From NCBI GenBank assembly GCA_044345355.1, contig JBIJBG010000001.1, positions 1 to 62,295 of the forward strand: a stretch of 62,295 bases of DNA, written 5' to 3'. Each line of letters begins with the position of its first letter. Position 1 is the first letter of the stretch. Shown here piece after piece: positions 39,140-47,292 of this stretch. This DNA comes from Flavobacteriales bacterium (GTDB lineage Bacteria > Bacteroidota > Bacteroidia > CAIKAF01). Both the position numbers and the translations under genes were made by a program. A model generated the notes under the pieces. It did no database searches and was not told where the DNA came from. It worked only from the letters and a program-made list of their open reading frames with translations.

Positions 39140-39943
39140 TTATGGGAGAAAAATGTGACGCCTTTTTTCGGTAAATTCCGGAAAACCGGACAAATTATTG
39201 TGACCCGCTCCAGATATTACCCAGAAATGGTCTGTAGGCTTTAAGTATGGCTTAAGTTTAAGGGCACAGCTGAGCGGTATTATTCGGTCTTTGTTTCCGT
39301 GAAAAATGTAAACAGGACAGCTCGTTTTCCGTAACATCTTCTTATTATCGAACCGATAGTGAAAGATAAACCAGCGTGGTAAAAAGGGATAGTAGGCATA
39401 AAACAGGTCGGGAATAGATGAAAAGGGGGATTCCAGAATCAAAAAATCCGGGGTGACCACGGAAGCCAGTTCGGTGGCAAACCCGGTTCCTATGCTTCGC
39501 CCATAAAGCACGATGGAAAACCCTTGATAGGTTGGGGCTATTTTTTCATATACCAAAAACGCATCCCGGTGTAATAAACGGTTGTTTTTTTTCCCCCGAC
39601 TTTTTCCAAAACCCCGGTAGTCCATGATAAACAAATCGTAGCCAAACAATTCAAATTCTGTATAAACACTCCCCCACCGACTTAGGTTATCCGCGTTTCC
39701 ATGAAAATAAAACAGTATTCCCTTATTCGTTTTTCTATCCGCTTGTTTTATCCAAAGGCCATTTATTTTTCCCCCGTCCTCCGTATCTATAAAGACTTCC
39801 TCATGCGCAAACGGAAAAGAAAAGGGGGTTGATTCGGGGAGTAATGTTGGGCGGAATAAAAACCGGTACTGCAAAAAATAAGTGAGCAGATTGCCTATCA
39901 ATAGCAACAAAAATAAACCCAACAGTATTTTAATACCTATCAT
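39140..39943 (-). CDS. Alpha/beta hydrolase with N-terminal membrane anchor (BEM46/ABHD13-like)
   Basis: YFLQYRFLFRP anchor region, FHGN, nucleophile elbow GRSIGTG and C-terminal GAGHNN. Confidence 0.8.
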   Translation of the reverse strand: MIGIKILLGLFLLLLIGNLLTYFLQYRFLFRPTLLPESTPFSFPFAHEEVFIDTEDGGKINGLWIKQADRKTNKGILFYFHGNADNLSRWGSVYTEFELFGYDLFIMDYRGFGKSRGKKNNRLLHRDAFLVYEKIAPTYQGFSIVLYGRSIGTGFATELASVVTPDFLILESPFSSIPDLFYAYYPFLPRWFIFHYRFDNKKMLRKTSCPVYIFHGNKDRIIPLSCALKLKPYLKPTDHFWVISGAGHNNLSGFPEFTEKRRHIFLP

Positions 39944-39947
39944 TTTC

Positions 39948-40742
39948 TTACGCCGATAAAATTTTTTTTAATGCCCGGTGATATTCGTCCATCTGTGGAA
40001 GATTGTTATGCTTTCCGCCTTTAATGGCGTGAAGCCTGATTCGTAAAGGATTTATTTTTTCCAGTTCTCGGCTGAACCGAAAGGGTATCAATTTATCGTC
40101 CGTTCCATGAATAAGATGAACCGGGCACCGCATCTCCGCCAAATATGCATCCACGGGAACATGCATTCTCAGTAGACCATATACCGGAATGATGCGCGTG
40201 TAATACCGAAAAAGACTTTTCATACTTGTATAGGGAGAGTCTAATATCAGCAGCCTGGGATTATTTTGTCTGGCGACAAAGGCGGCAAATCCGGAACCCA
40301 TCGATCGGCCGTAAATCACTATTTTTTCTTCTCCGTAACGATTTTTCACGTACAGATAAACTGCCTGGGAATCAGCAAATATCTCTTGTTGGTTGTGATG
40401 TCCCGTGCTTTTTCCAAAACCGGGATAATCAAAAATAATAAAATCATAACCTGCCTCCACAAAATCTGCCCTGAATTTACTCCAGCCTTTTATCGATTTT
40501 GTGTTGCCCTTAAAATACAAAACAACCCCTTTGGGGGCGGGATGCTTAAAAATAAGCACATCTATCTCATTTCCTTCCGGGCCGGTAATGGTAATCTCTT
40601 CAAATTGATCCGGATATAAAAACCGATAATCTGGGGGTAGTTTTTCCGGGCGGAAAAAAAAATACTGTTGTAAAAAATACACCCCAGCAAGAATGGTACT
40701 GTAAATTAAAACAACCGTGAAAAAAATCCAAAACGGGTTCAC
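39948..40742 (-). CDS. Alpha/beta hydrolase with N-terminal membrane anchor (tandem paralogue of the previous gene)
   Basis: YFLQQYFFFRP, FKGN, GRSMGSG and GGKHNN. It is collinear with the 39140-39943 product. Confidence 0.8.
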   Translation of the reverse strand: MNPFWIFFTVVLIYSTILAGVYFLQQYFFFRPEKLPPDYRFLYPDQFEEITITGPEGNEIDVLIFKHPAPKGVVLYFKGNTKSIKGWSKFRADFVEAGYDFIIFDYPGFGKSTGHHNQQEIFADSQAVYLYVKNRYGEEKIVIYGRSMGSGFAAFVARQNNPRLLILDSPYTSMKSLFRYYTRIIPVYGLLRMHVPVDAYLAEMRCPVHLIHGTDDKLIPFRFSRELEKINPLRIRLHAIKGGKHNNLPQMDEYHRALKKILSA

Positions 40743-40794
40743 TTTTTGGGCGTAATATACTTTACAATTTACGCCTTTTTTTATAAAAAATACC

Positions 40795-42432
40795 CTATTC
40801 TTTCGGATATGTGTTCAGTCGTCCTTCCCGATTGGCCAATTCCCACGCCAGATAAAAGATATGGCGGGATATTTTAGCCAGTTTTTCATAGCGGATTTTA
40901 TCCGGGGTATCGGTCAACCTGTGGTAATCTTCATGAATACCGGAAAAGAAAAAAACAGAAGGAATCCCATTTCTGGCGAAATTATAGTGATCACTTCTGT
41001 AATAAAACCGATTGGGATCTTCAGGGTCATTATATGTATAATCCAACTCCAAACCGGAATACATGTCGTTAACGGTTTCATTGATTGCATGCAGATCCGG
41101 ACTTATACGGTCAGCACCGATTACATAAATATAATTCTCATTTTCTTTATGTAATTCATCCACACGGCCTATCATATCTATATTCAGATTGGCCATCGTG
41201 TTTTCGAGGGGAAAAACGGGGTTTTGTGTATAATATTCGGAGCCGAGTAGCCCTTTTTCTTCTCCGCTGACGGGCATAATTAAAATACTGCGGCGGGGTG
41301 ATATGCCTGCTGCTTTGGCCTCGGCAAATGCTTCGGCAATTTCCATCAATGCAACAGTTCCAGATCCATCATCGTCCGCGCCGTAATATATTCCCTCCTC
41401 TTCTTTTCCCAAATGATCATAATGAGCGGTTAACACAACCAACTCCTCTTTTAAATCACCACCTTCTACATACCCTAAAATGTTTTCTCCGGTAATTTGC
41501 CGGGTTTGGTTTTTAACCACAATTTCTGCCGGAATGCTTATTTCAAATCCTTTTGTTCGCTCTCCTGTTCGATATTCTTCCCGCAAAGAGCGGGTGGTTA
41601 TTTTCTTTCCCGCATAACGGAAAATTTCATCCGCCATTTCTTCACTGATATAAAATTTCGGAAATGACGCCCGTGAAGGTTTTCCTTCTGCGTAGGTTCT
41701 TGGTTTTTCTATAAAGTGTTTATAAGAGCGTATATCATTTTCAATAAACTTTTGTACGCTTAAAATGGCAATTGCCCCCGCCTTTCGTGCCGCTTCCGTT
41801 TTTAATTTCAGGTCTTTGGTCCACTCGCTCAATTCGCCTGTTCCCGTTATCCGTGAATTTCCTGTTTTATCCATAGGTTCATCTTCCAGAAACAGCACTA
41901 CTTTTCCTTTTATGTCAAATCCTTCATAATCATGTACACCATATTTTTTATCGTCTATTCCAAATCCCACAAAAACGATTTTTTCAGCGAATAACCCCCC
42001 GTCAGGGATGCCGGGAAACGCAAAAAAATCGTTCATGAAAACATATTCTTTTTCATGCAGACGCAATTGATATCCAATATTAGATTCTACCCTTAAGGGA
42101 AACGTCTGCATAAAACCCGAAAGTGTTGGATGTGGAGCCCAGCTCCGGCTTTTATAAAGGCTGTCCATGGGTTGGTTTTTGGTATTTACTACTGCAGAAA
42201 AACCCTGGTTTTTAAAAAACTCTGCCAAAAAAACCGCACAAAGTTTTTGCCCTTGCTCACCTGTTTCACGGCCGGCAAATTCTTCTCCGGCAACAATGAA
42301 CAATTTTTGCCTCATTTCATCGGCAGAAATACCTTCCGCATATTTTATAGGCGATTCTGGCAGATACGCCTTTGATTGGGAATATACCGATACTGTTAGC
42401 AGTGTAAATATTCCGATAAAAAACTTGCGCAT
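40795..42432 (-). CDS. M28 family zinc aminopeptidase (PA-domain containing), secreted
   Basis: Signal peptide, then VLTAHYDHLG, GADDDGSGT, SGEEKGLLGS and SDHYNF motifs. Confidence 0.88.
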   Translation of the reverse strand: MRKFFIGIFTLLTVSVYSQSKAYLPESPIKYAEGISADEMRQKLFIVAGEEFAGRETGEQGQKLCAVFLAEFFKNQGFSAVVNTKNQPMDSLYKSRSWAPHPTLSGFMQTFPLRVESNIGYQLRLHEKEYVFMNDFFAFPGIPDGGLFAEKIVFVGFGIDDKKYGVHDYEGFDIKGKVVLFLEDEPMDKTGNSRITGTGELSEWTKDLKLKTEAARKAGAIAILSVQKFIENDIRSYKHFIEKPRTYAEGKPSRASFPKFYISEEMADEIFRYAGKKITTRSLREEYRTGERTKGFEISIPAEIVVKNQTRQITGENILGYVEGGDLKEELVVLTAHYDHLGKEEEGIYYGADDDGSGTVALMEIAEAFAEAKAAGISPRRSILIMPVSGEEKGLLGSEYYTQNPVFPLENTMANLNIDMIGRVDELHKENENYIYVIGADRISPDLHAINETVNDMYSGLELDYTYNDPEDPNRFYYRSDHYNFARNGIPSVFFFSGIHEDYHRLTDTPDKIRYEKLAKISRHIFYLAWELANREGRLNTYPKE

Positions 42433-42453
42433 GCCCTTTTTTTATTGTTAATC

Positions 42454-42903
42454 TTAACAAGAAGTTTCTATTTTATTTATGCGTCGTTCGTGTCTTCCTC
42501 CTTCAAACTCTGTGGTAATGAAAGCAAACACTATTTCTTTGGCCTCTTCTTCCGAAATATATCTGGCCGGTATGGCACATATGTTGGCGTTATTATGTCC
42601 TCTGGCTAGTTCTGCAAGCTCCCTGAGCCAACATATTGCTGAACGAATTCCTTTGTGTTTGTTTGCTGTAATGCTGACGCCGTTTCCGCTTCCACAAAAA
42701 ATAACCCCAAAGTCATATTCATGATTTTTTACAGCTTCAGCCAACGGATGAATAAAGTCAGGATAATCAACAGATTCCTCTGTGTGTGTTCCAAAGTCAT
42801 AAACAACGCTGTATCCTTGCTCTGCCAAAAATCTTTTTATACTTTCTTTATGCCTAAATCCGGCATGGTCTGCCGCAAGCGCAATTTTTCTCTCCTTTTC
42901 CAT
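42454..42903 (-). CDS. rpiB: Ribose 5-phosphate isomerase B
   Basis: From ATG 42903: MEKERKIALAADHAGF...CGSGNGVSITANK...RHERRI. The track start 42990 adds a non-conserved extension. Confidence 0.9.
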   Translation of the reverse strand: MEKERKIALAADHAGFRHKESIKRFLAEQGYSVVYDFGTHTEESVDYPDFIHPLAEAVKNHEYDFGVIFCGSGNGVSITANKHKGIRSAICWLRELAELARGHNNANICAIPARYISEEEAKEIVFAFITTEFEGGRHERRINKIETSC

Positions 42904-42990
42904 TTTTTTTATTTGGGTAAAGTTAATAAAGGTATTTAGGTTTACGTGTATAAAACGACTAAATAAACCCTTTTCCATGATGACATACAA

Positions 42991-43948
42991 TTCAGGGTAC
43001 TTATTAACAAGGTTATCGTTTTTTTGCGGATAATCTGAGGAAAAATTTCAAAATCTTTATTTGGTTTTAATTCAATTTCCTTTAAACCGGTAAATGTTGT
43101 GAACAATGCAAATGATTTGTTGACTTTTTTTCTCTCATTTTTTAATGATTTATCCTCGAAATAATTTTTAAAACCGGAAGGTTTTTATTCACACAAACAA
43201 AAAAAATATCTTTGTTAAAAAACATATAAACCTTTAGTAATAAATATATAAGCCTTTTTAAAATAGTTGATTTCCTGTGAATGCAATTTAAAAACTGATT
43301 ATTCAAAAAAAATCCTTCTTTTTTTATACCGCTATTAACAGGCTATATATACCCAATAGATATAAAAATTTTCATTTATTTTTTTATTATTCTATTGATA
43401 TCTTCGAATTAAGTGAAACCGTTTTATGATCATCTCTCTTTTATTATTATTTAATTTAACTTTTTATGCGTTTTAAGCCTCTTTTTCAATCGATTGATAT
43501 CCCAGCCTTATTTATATTCATTCATGGTCACCAGACCCTATTAAAGTCAATAATGTAGTTTTAATTATACCACATCGTTCTTTTTTCTTTTACAGAATTC
43601 AGTTTTGATCCTTACATTCTAAAAAAATAAGTTATTCATCGCTAAAAGAACCCTTTTTTTTAAAAAAAGGGTTCTTTTTTTTCCCGTTGACTTTTATACT
43701 TAAAAATGTATTTTTCTTTTTGCAGTGTGAAGGAATATCTGGTGGTTTATATAGCAAAGTTTCTTTGCCTATTGTTTATACTATTCCTTTAATCTTCATA
43801 ATTAATCACTTTTTCTATTTTTAGATTGCTCTAAAATAATTCATGTTATTGTTTTACTCTTTTCTATATTTAATCTATAAAGGAATTTTTGGTAACTTTT
43901 AATGCATGATTTATCAAGTATTTCCATGGAAAGAATTTACCGTTTAAT
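42991..43948. other. ORF-free, extremely AT-rich (~24 % GC) intergenic island
   Basis: The track shows no ORF of 60 aa or more in six frames. My hand count is 218 G+C in 900 nt (43021-43920). See findings. Confidence 0.9.
43644..43682. terminator. Perfect 35-nt palindrome / bidirectional intrinsic-terminator-like hairpin
   Basis: AAAAGAACCC-T8-A7-GGGTTCTTTT is symmetric about T 43661. It is followed by extra Ts on the plus strand, and a U-run also follows on the minus strand. Confidence 0.6.
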
Positions 43949-43962
43949 GTTCCACGTGGAAC
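43949..43962. repeat. 14-bp palindrome GTTCCACGTGGAAC, copy 1 (abuts the mnmG stop)
   Basis: Read directly. It lies 1 nt from the mnmG stop codon (43964-43966). Confidence 0.95.
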
Positions 43963-43963
43963 G

Positions 43964-45835
43964 TTAGCGGCCTAGATGAACCATTAAAACAGAGATATCT
44001 GCAGGAGAAACACCGCTGATCCGAGAAGCCTGGCCTAGGGTATGTGGTTTTATTTTAGATAACTTATCTCTGGATTCCATTGATAAACTGGATATAGAGT
44101 GATAATTAAAATCCTCTCTAAGTTTTATATCTTCTAATCTACTCATTTTTTCGGCCATTTGTTTTTCCCTTTCTATATATCCGGCATATTTTATGGTAAT
44201 TTCAGCCTGTTCTATTATTTCATTTTGTTGCTTTTTATTTACGTTTTCTTTCAAAGGCGTTAATTCTTCTATATTCATCAGTTCTTTTAGCGATACAAAT
44301 GGTCTTGCTAAAATTTGGTCCAATTTTACTTTTTGTTTCATTTCCGCTGATCCTAAATTATTCAGATAGGAATTAAGTACTTGTGGTTCTACACTGTATC
44401 GCTTTATTTCTGCCACTAATTTTTCTGATTCCTCTTTTTTAGTGATCATTCTATGATACCGCTCTTTGGTAGCAAGTCCAATTAAAAAAGATTTTTCGGT
44501 AAGCCTTAAATCGGCATTATCTTGCCTTAATAAAATGCGGAATTCTGCCCTAGAGGTAAACATACGGTAAGGCTCTTCCGTGCCTTTGTTTATCAGGTCA
44601 TCTATTAAAACACCGATATATGCTTCATCTCTGCCTAATATGAATGGTGCTTTTTCCTGTATTTTTTGATGGGCATTTATTCCTGCCATTAATCCTTGGC
44701 AAGCTGCTTCTTCATATCCCGTGGTACCATTAATCTGCCCGGCAAAATAGAGGTTATCAATGAGCTTGGTTTCTAAGGTATGTTTTAATTGAACCGGAGG
44801 GAAGTAGTCATATTCTATGGCATATCCAGGCCGAAACATCTTACAATTTTCAAAACCGGGAATTTGTCTTAATGCTTTATATTGAATATCCTCAGGAAGG
44901 CTTGATGAAAAACCGTTGACATAAATTTCCACCGTGTTTCTTCCTTCCGGTTCGACAAATAACTGATGTTCATTTTTATCAGCAAACCGATTGATTTTGT
45001 CCTCAATACTGGGACAATATCGTGGGCCCAAACCTTGAATTCGTCCGTTAAACATGGGCGATCTTTCAAATCCGGTTTTTAAAATATCATGAACTTTAGT
45101 ATTTGTATAGGTGATGTGGCAGGGAAGTTGATTTTTTAATTTTGGTAAATCTAAATAGGAAAAATGTTCAGGATTTTCATCACCCTTTTGTTCTTCCATT
45201 GCTGCATAATTTAAGCTTCGGCCATCAATTCTGGGAGGTGTTCCGGTTTTCATTCGTCCAGATTCAAACCCCAGTTGGATCAATTGCTCGGTAATTCCTT
45301 TTGATGATTTTTCTCCCACCCGACCGCCGGTCAGTTGTTTTTCGCCGATATGAATGATTCCATTTAAAAATGTTCCATTGGTAAGGACAACAGCGTTTGA
45401 TTTAAATTCTATACCTAAAGATGTTACTACCCCATAAACCATCTTATCTTTTATTAATAAGCCGGCCACGCTATCTTGCCAAAAATCCACATTTGGTGTA
45501 TTTTCTAGCATACATCGCCATTCTTCGGCAAACCTAAAACGATCGTTTTGCGTTCTTGGACTCCACATGGCCGGTCCTTTTGAGCGGTTAAGCATACGAA
45601 ACTGGATGGCGGTTTTATCCGAAACAATTCCACTATATCCACCTAAAGCATCTATTTCCCGTACAATTTGTCCTTTAGCTACTCCACCCATTGCCGGATT
45701 ACACGACATTTGGCCAATTTTCGTCATATCCATTGTGATTAGCAACACTTTAGAGCCCATGTTAGCTGCTGCTGCTGCTGCTTCATTACCGGCATGTCCG
45801 GCACCCACCACAATGATATCATATTCTTTTTGCAT
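43964..45835 (-). CDS. mnmG: tRNA uridine-5-carboxymethylaminomethyl(34) synthesis enzyme MnmG (GidA)
   Basis: 623-aa ORF with YDIIVVGAGHAGNEAA FAD motif, MSCNPAMGG, GPRYCPSIEDK, FFAGQINGTTGYEEAA and a C-terminal GVSPADISVL. Confidence 0.95.
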   Translation of the reverse strand: MQKEYDIIVVGAGHAGNEAAAAAANMGSKVLLITMDMTKIGQMSCNPAMGGVAKGQIVREIDALGGYSGIVSDKTAIQFRMLNRSKGPAMWSPRTQNDRFRFAEEWRCMLENTPNVDFWQDSVAGLLIKDKMVYGVVTSLGIEFKSNAVVLTNGTFLNGIIHIGEKQLTGGRVGEKSSKGITEQLIQLGFESGRMKTGTPPRIDGRSLNYAAMEEQKGDENPEHFSYLDLPKLKNQLPCHITYTNTKVHDILKTGFERSPMFNGRIQGLGPRYCPSIEDKINRFADKNEHQLFVEPEGRNTVEIYVNGFSSSLPEDIQYKALRQIPGFENCKMFRPGYAIEYDYFPPVQLKHTLETKLIDNLYFAGQINGTTGYEEAACQGLMAGINAHQKIQEKAPFILGRDEAYIGVLIDDLINKGTEEPYRMFTSRAEFRILLRQDNADLRLTEKSFLIGLATKERYHRMITKKEESEKLVAEIKRYSVEPQVLNSYLNNLGSAEMKQKVKLDQILARPFVSLKELMNIEELTPLKENVNKKQQNEIIEQAEITIKYAGYIEREKQMAEKMSRLEDIKLREDFNYHSISSLSMESRDKLSKIKPHTLGQASRISGVSPADISVLMVHLGR

Positions 45836-45852
45836 AATGTCTTTTTTATATT

Positions 45853-45874
45853 ATATGTTCCACGTGGAACATAT
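45853..45874. repeat. 22-bp perfect palindrome ATATGTTCCACGTGGAACATAT, containing copy 2 of the 14-mer
   Basis: Read directly. It fills most of the 38-nt spacer between the DUF456 gene stop and the mnmG start. Confidence 0.95.
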
Positions 45875-46371
45875 TAAAACCAACTTTTTACGAGATAAAA
45901 AATAAAAATAAAACAAACAAATAAACTATACAATACCGCGATAAAAGTACTTCCCAAGAAGCCAAGAAGGGCACCCCATGCAGCCAAATATGCTTTTTTT
46001 ATTGTTTGACCAAAAAAAAGTTCCCCGAAAAATGCACCCAAAAAAGGACCGATAATAATACCCCATGGTCCTCCCCAAGAAGTTAAAATCCCTAGAATAA
46101 GACCAAGGGTACTTCCCCGGGTTCCATATTTAGACCCACCAAAAAAACGGGAACCATATATAGGTAGTATATAATCTGAGATTACTATAACAACCAACAA
46201 GACGCCCAAAAAGACTAAAACAAAAGGAGAAATCGAAACTGAAGTATCTAAAACATGAAATAAAATCAAGCCTATATAAGCAAAAAAGGGCCCAGGAAGA
46301 AGAGGAATCAAGGAACCGATAATTCCAAAAAGGACCATTAGAAAAGAAAACGACACAAAAAAAATTTCCAT
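45874..46371 (-). CDS. DUF456-like small membrane protein
   Basis: Four hydrophobic segments, with LIPLLPGP...GSRFFGGSKYG motifs. I prefer ATG 46371, 4 nt after the ybeY stop. Confidence 0.72.
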   Translation of the reverse strand: MEIFFVSFSFLMVLFGIIGSLIPLLPGPFFAYIGLILFHVLDTSVSISPFVLVFLGVLLVVIVISDYILPIYGSRFFGGSKYGTRGSTLGLILGILTSWGGPWGIIIGPFLGAFFGELFFGQTIKKAYLAAWGALLGFLGSTFIAVLYSLFVCFIFIFYLVKSWF

Positions 46372-46375
46372 CAGC

Positions 46376-46813
46376 CTAAAAATTTCTTCCGGATAATGCA
46401 CGCTGCTCGGCTTGTCGCATAATTTCTTTTTCTTTTTTCCCTTTATCTTCTAATCCGCATAAATGAAGAAGACCATGTACCATGACGCGATGAAGTTCAT
46501 CCCTGAAACCGGATAAAAACAATTTCCCGTTTTCTCGAACCCTGGGAATGCTGATATATATTTCGCCACAGATACTCGTTTTCTCTTCAGACCAGTCAAA
46601 AGTGATGATATCAGTATAGTCATCATGGTTTAAAAATCGCTGATTGATGTCTAACAAAAAATCATCTGAGCAGAAAATAAACTGTAAATCGGAAATGGAA
46701 TACCCAAAACGTTGTGCTGTTTCCATCAGCCAGTTTTTTATGGCCGATCTTTCTTTCAGAGAGAAAGGAATATCCGCCGAATTAAAACGAATGCTTCGAT
46801 TAGTTTTCACCAT
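46376..46813 (-). CDS. ybeY: rRNA maturation endoribonuclease YbeY
   Basis: YTDIITFDW and zinc motif HGLLHLCGLEDK. ATG 46813 gives a ~145-aa protein typical of YbeY. Confidence 0.88.
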   Translation of the reverse strand: MVKTNRSIRFNSADIPFSLKERSAIKNWLMETAQRFGYSISDLQFIFCSDDFLLDINQRFLNHDDYTDIITFDWSEEKTSICGEIYISIPRVRENGKLFLSGFRDELHRVMVHGLLHLCGLEDKGKKEKEIMRQAEQRALSGRNF

Positions 46814-47225
46814 CGGAATTAAGCCTGAAACCGAGCCGAACTTCGCATCCGGCATCTAAAAACTCACAACTGTCTGCCAAGTTTTTCATTAAAAAAACAC
46901 CACGGCCGTTCGGTTTATCTCGATTTTCTGGATCTGTCGGGTCAGGAAGATTATCAGGAAAAAAACCACAGCCTTCATCTTTTATTCGAAAAAACAACAT
47001 ATCCTCTTTCTTTTCAAAAGAGACCATCACTTTTTTTTCGGGATTTTCGCCATTGCCATGAATAATGGCATTATTTACGGCCTCCGTGACCGCAATAAGA
47101 ATCTTACCATAATGTTCTTCACAGATATAGCCGGAGGAAATAACACCCCCAACTAATTTTTCTACTTGAACCACATTGAAGATTTCTGAAGAAAAAACCA
47201 CCGAGCTTTTCATTTCGGTCTGCAT
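46800..47225 (-). CDS. HATPase_c-type ATP-binding protein (RsbW/SpoIIAB-like anti-sigma-factor kinase fold)
   Basis: N-box EAVNNAIIHGN, G1 box DEGCGF and G2-like NGRGVFLM. There is no STAS/anti-anti-sigma partner in the window. Confidence 0.72.
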   Translation of the reverse strand: MQTEMKSSVVFSSEIFNVVQVEKLVGGVISSGYICEEHYGKILIAVTEAVNNAIIHGNGENPEKKVMVSFEKKEDMLFFRIKDEGCGFFPDNLPDPTDPENRDKPNGRGVFLMKNLADSCEFLDAGCEVRLGFRLNSDGEN

Positions 47226-47292
47226 AAAAAACGACTTACAATAACACAACAAGTTTACGTAAACGAAATTAAACGAAAAAAGATGTGCCGGG

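Noticed and set aside
43841-43927. Small ORFs inside the island: a 28-codon minus-strand ORF MEILDKSCIKSYQKFLYRLNIEKSKTIT, and a 19-codon plus-strand ORF MLLFYSFLYLIYKGIFGNF at 43843-43902
   Set aside because: They are very short, have no recognisable promoter or motif, and are expected by chance in AT-rich sequence. They cannot be supported without expression or conservation data.
42991-43948. CRISPR array, IS element or prophage remnant as the explanation for the AT-rich island
   Set aside because: I found no direct repeats of 20 nt or more at regular spacing. There are no terminal inverted repeats and no transposase, integrase or cas ORF. Only short motifs recur, such as ATTGATATC twice and TGTGAA cores.
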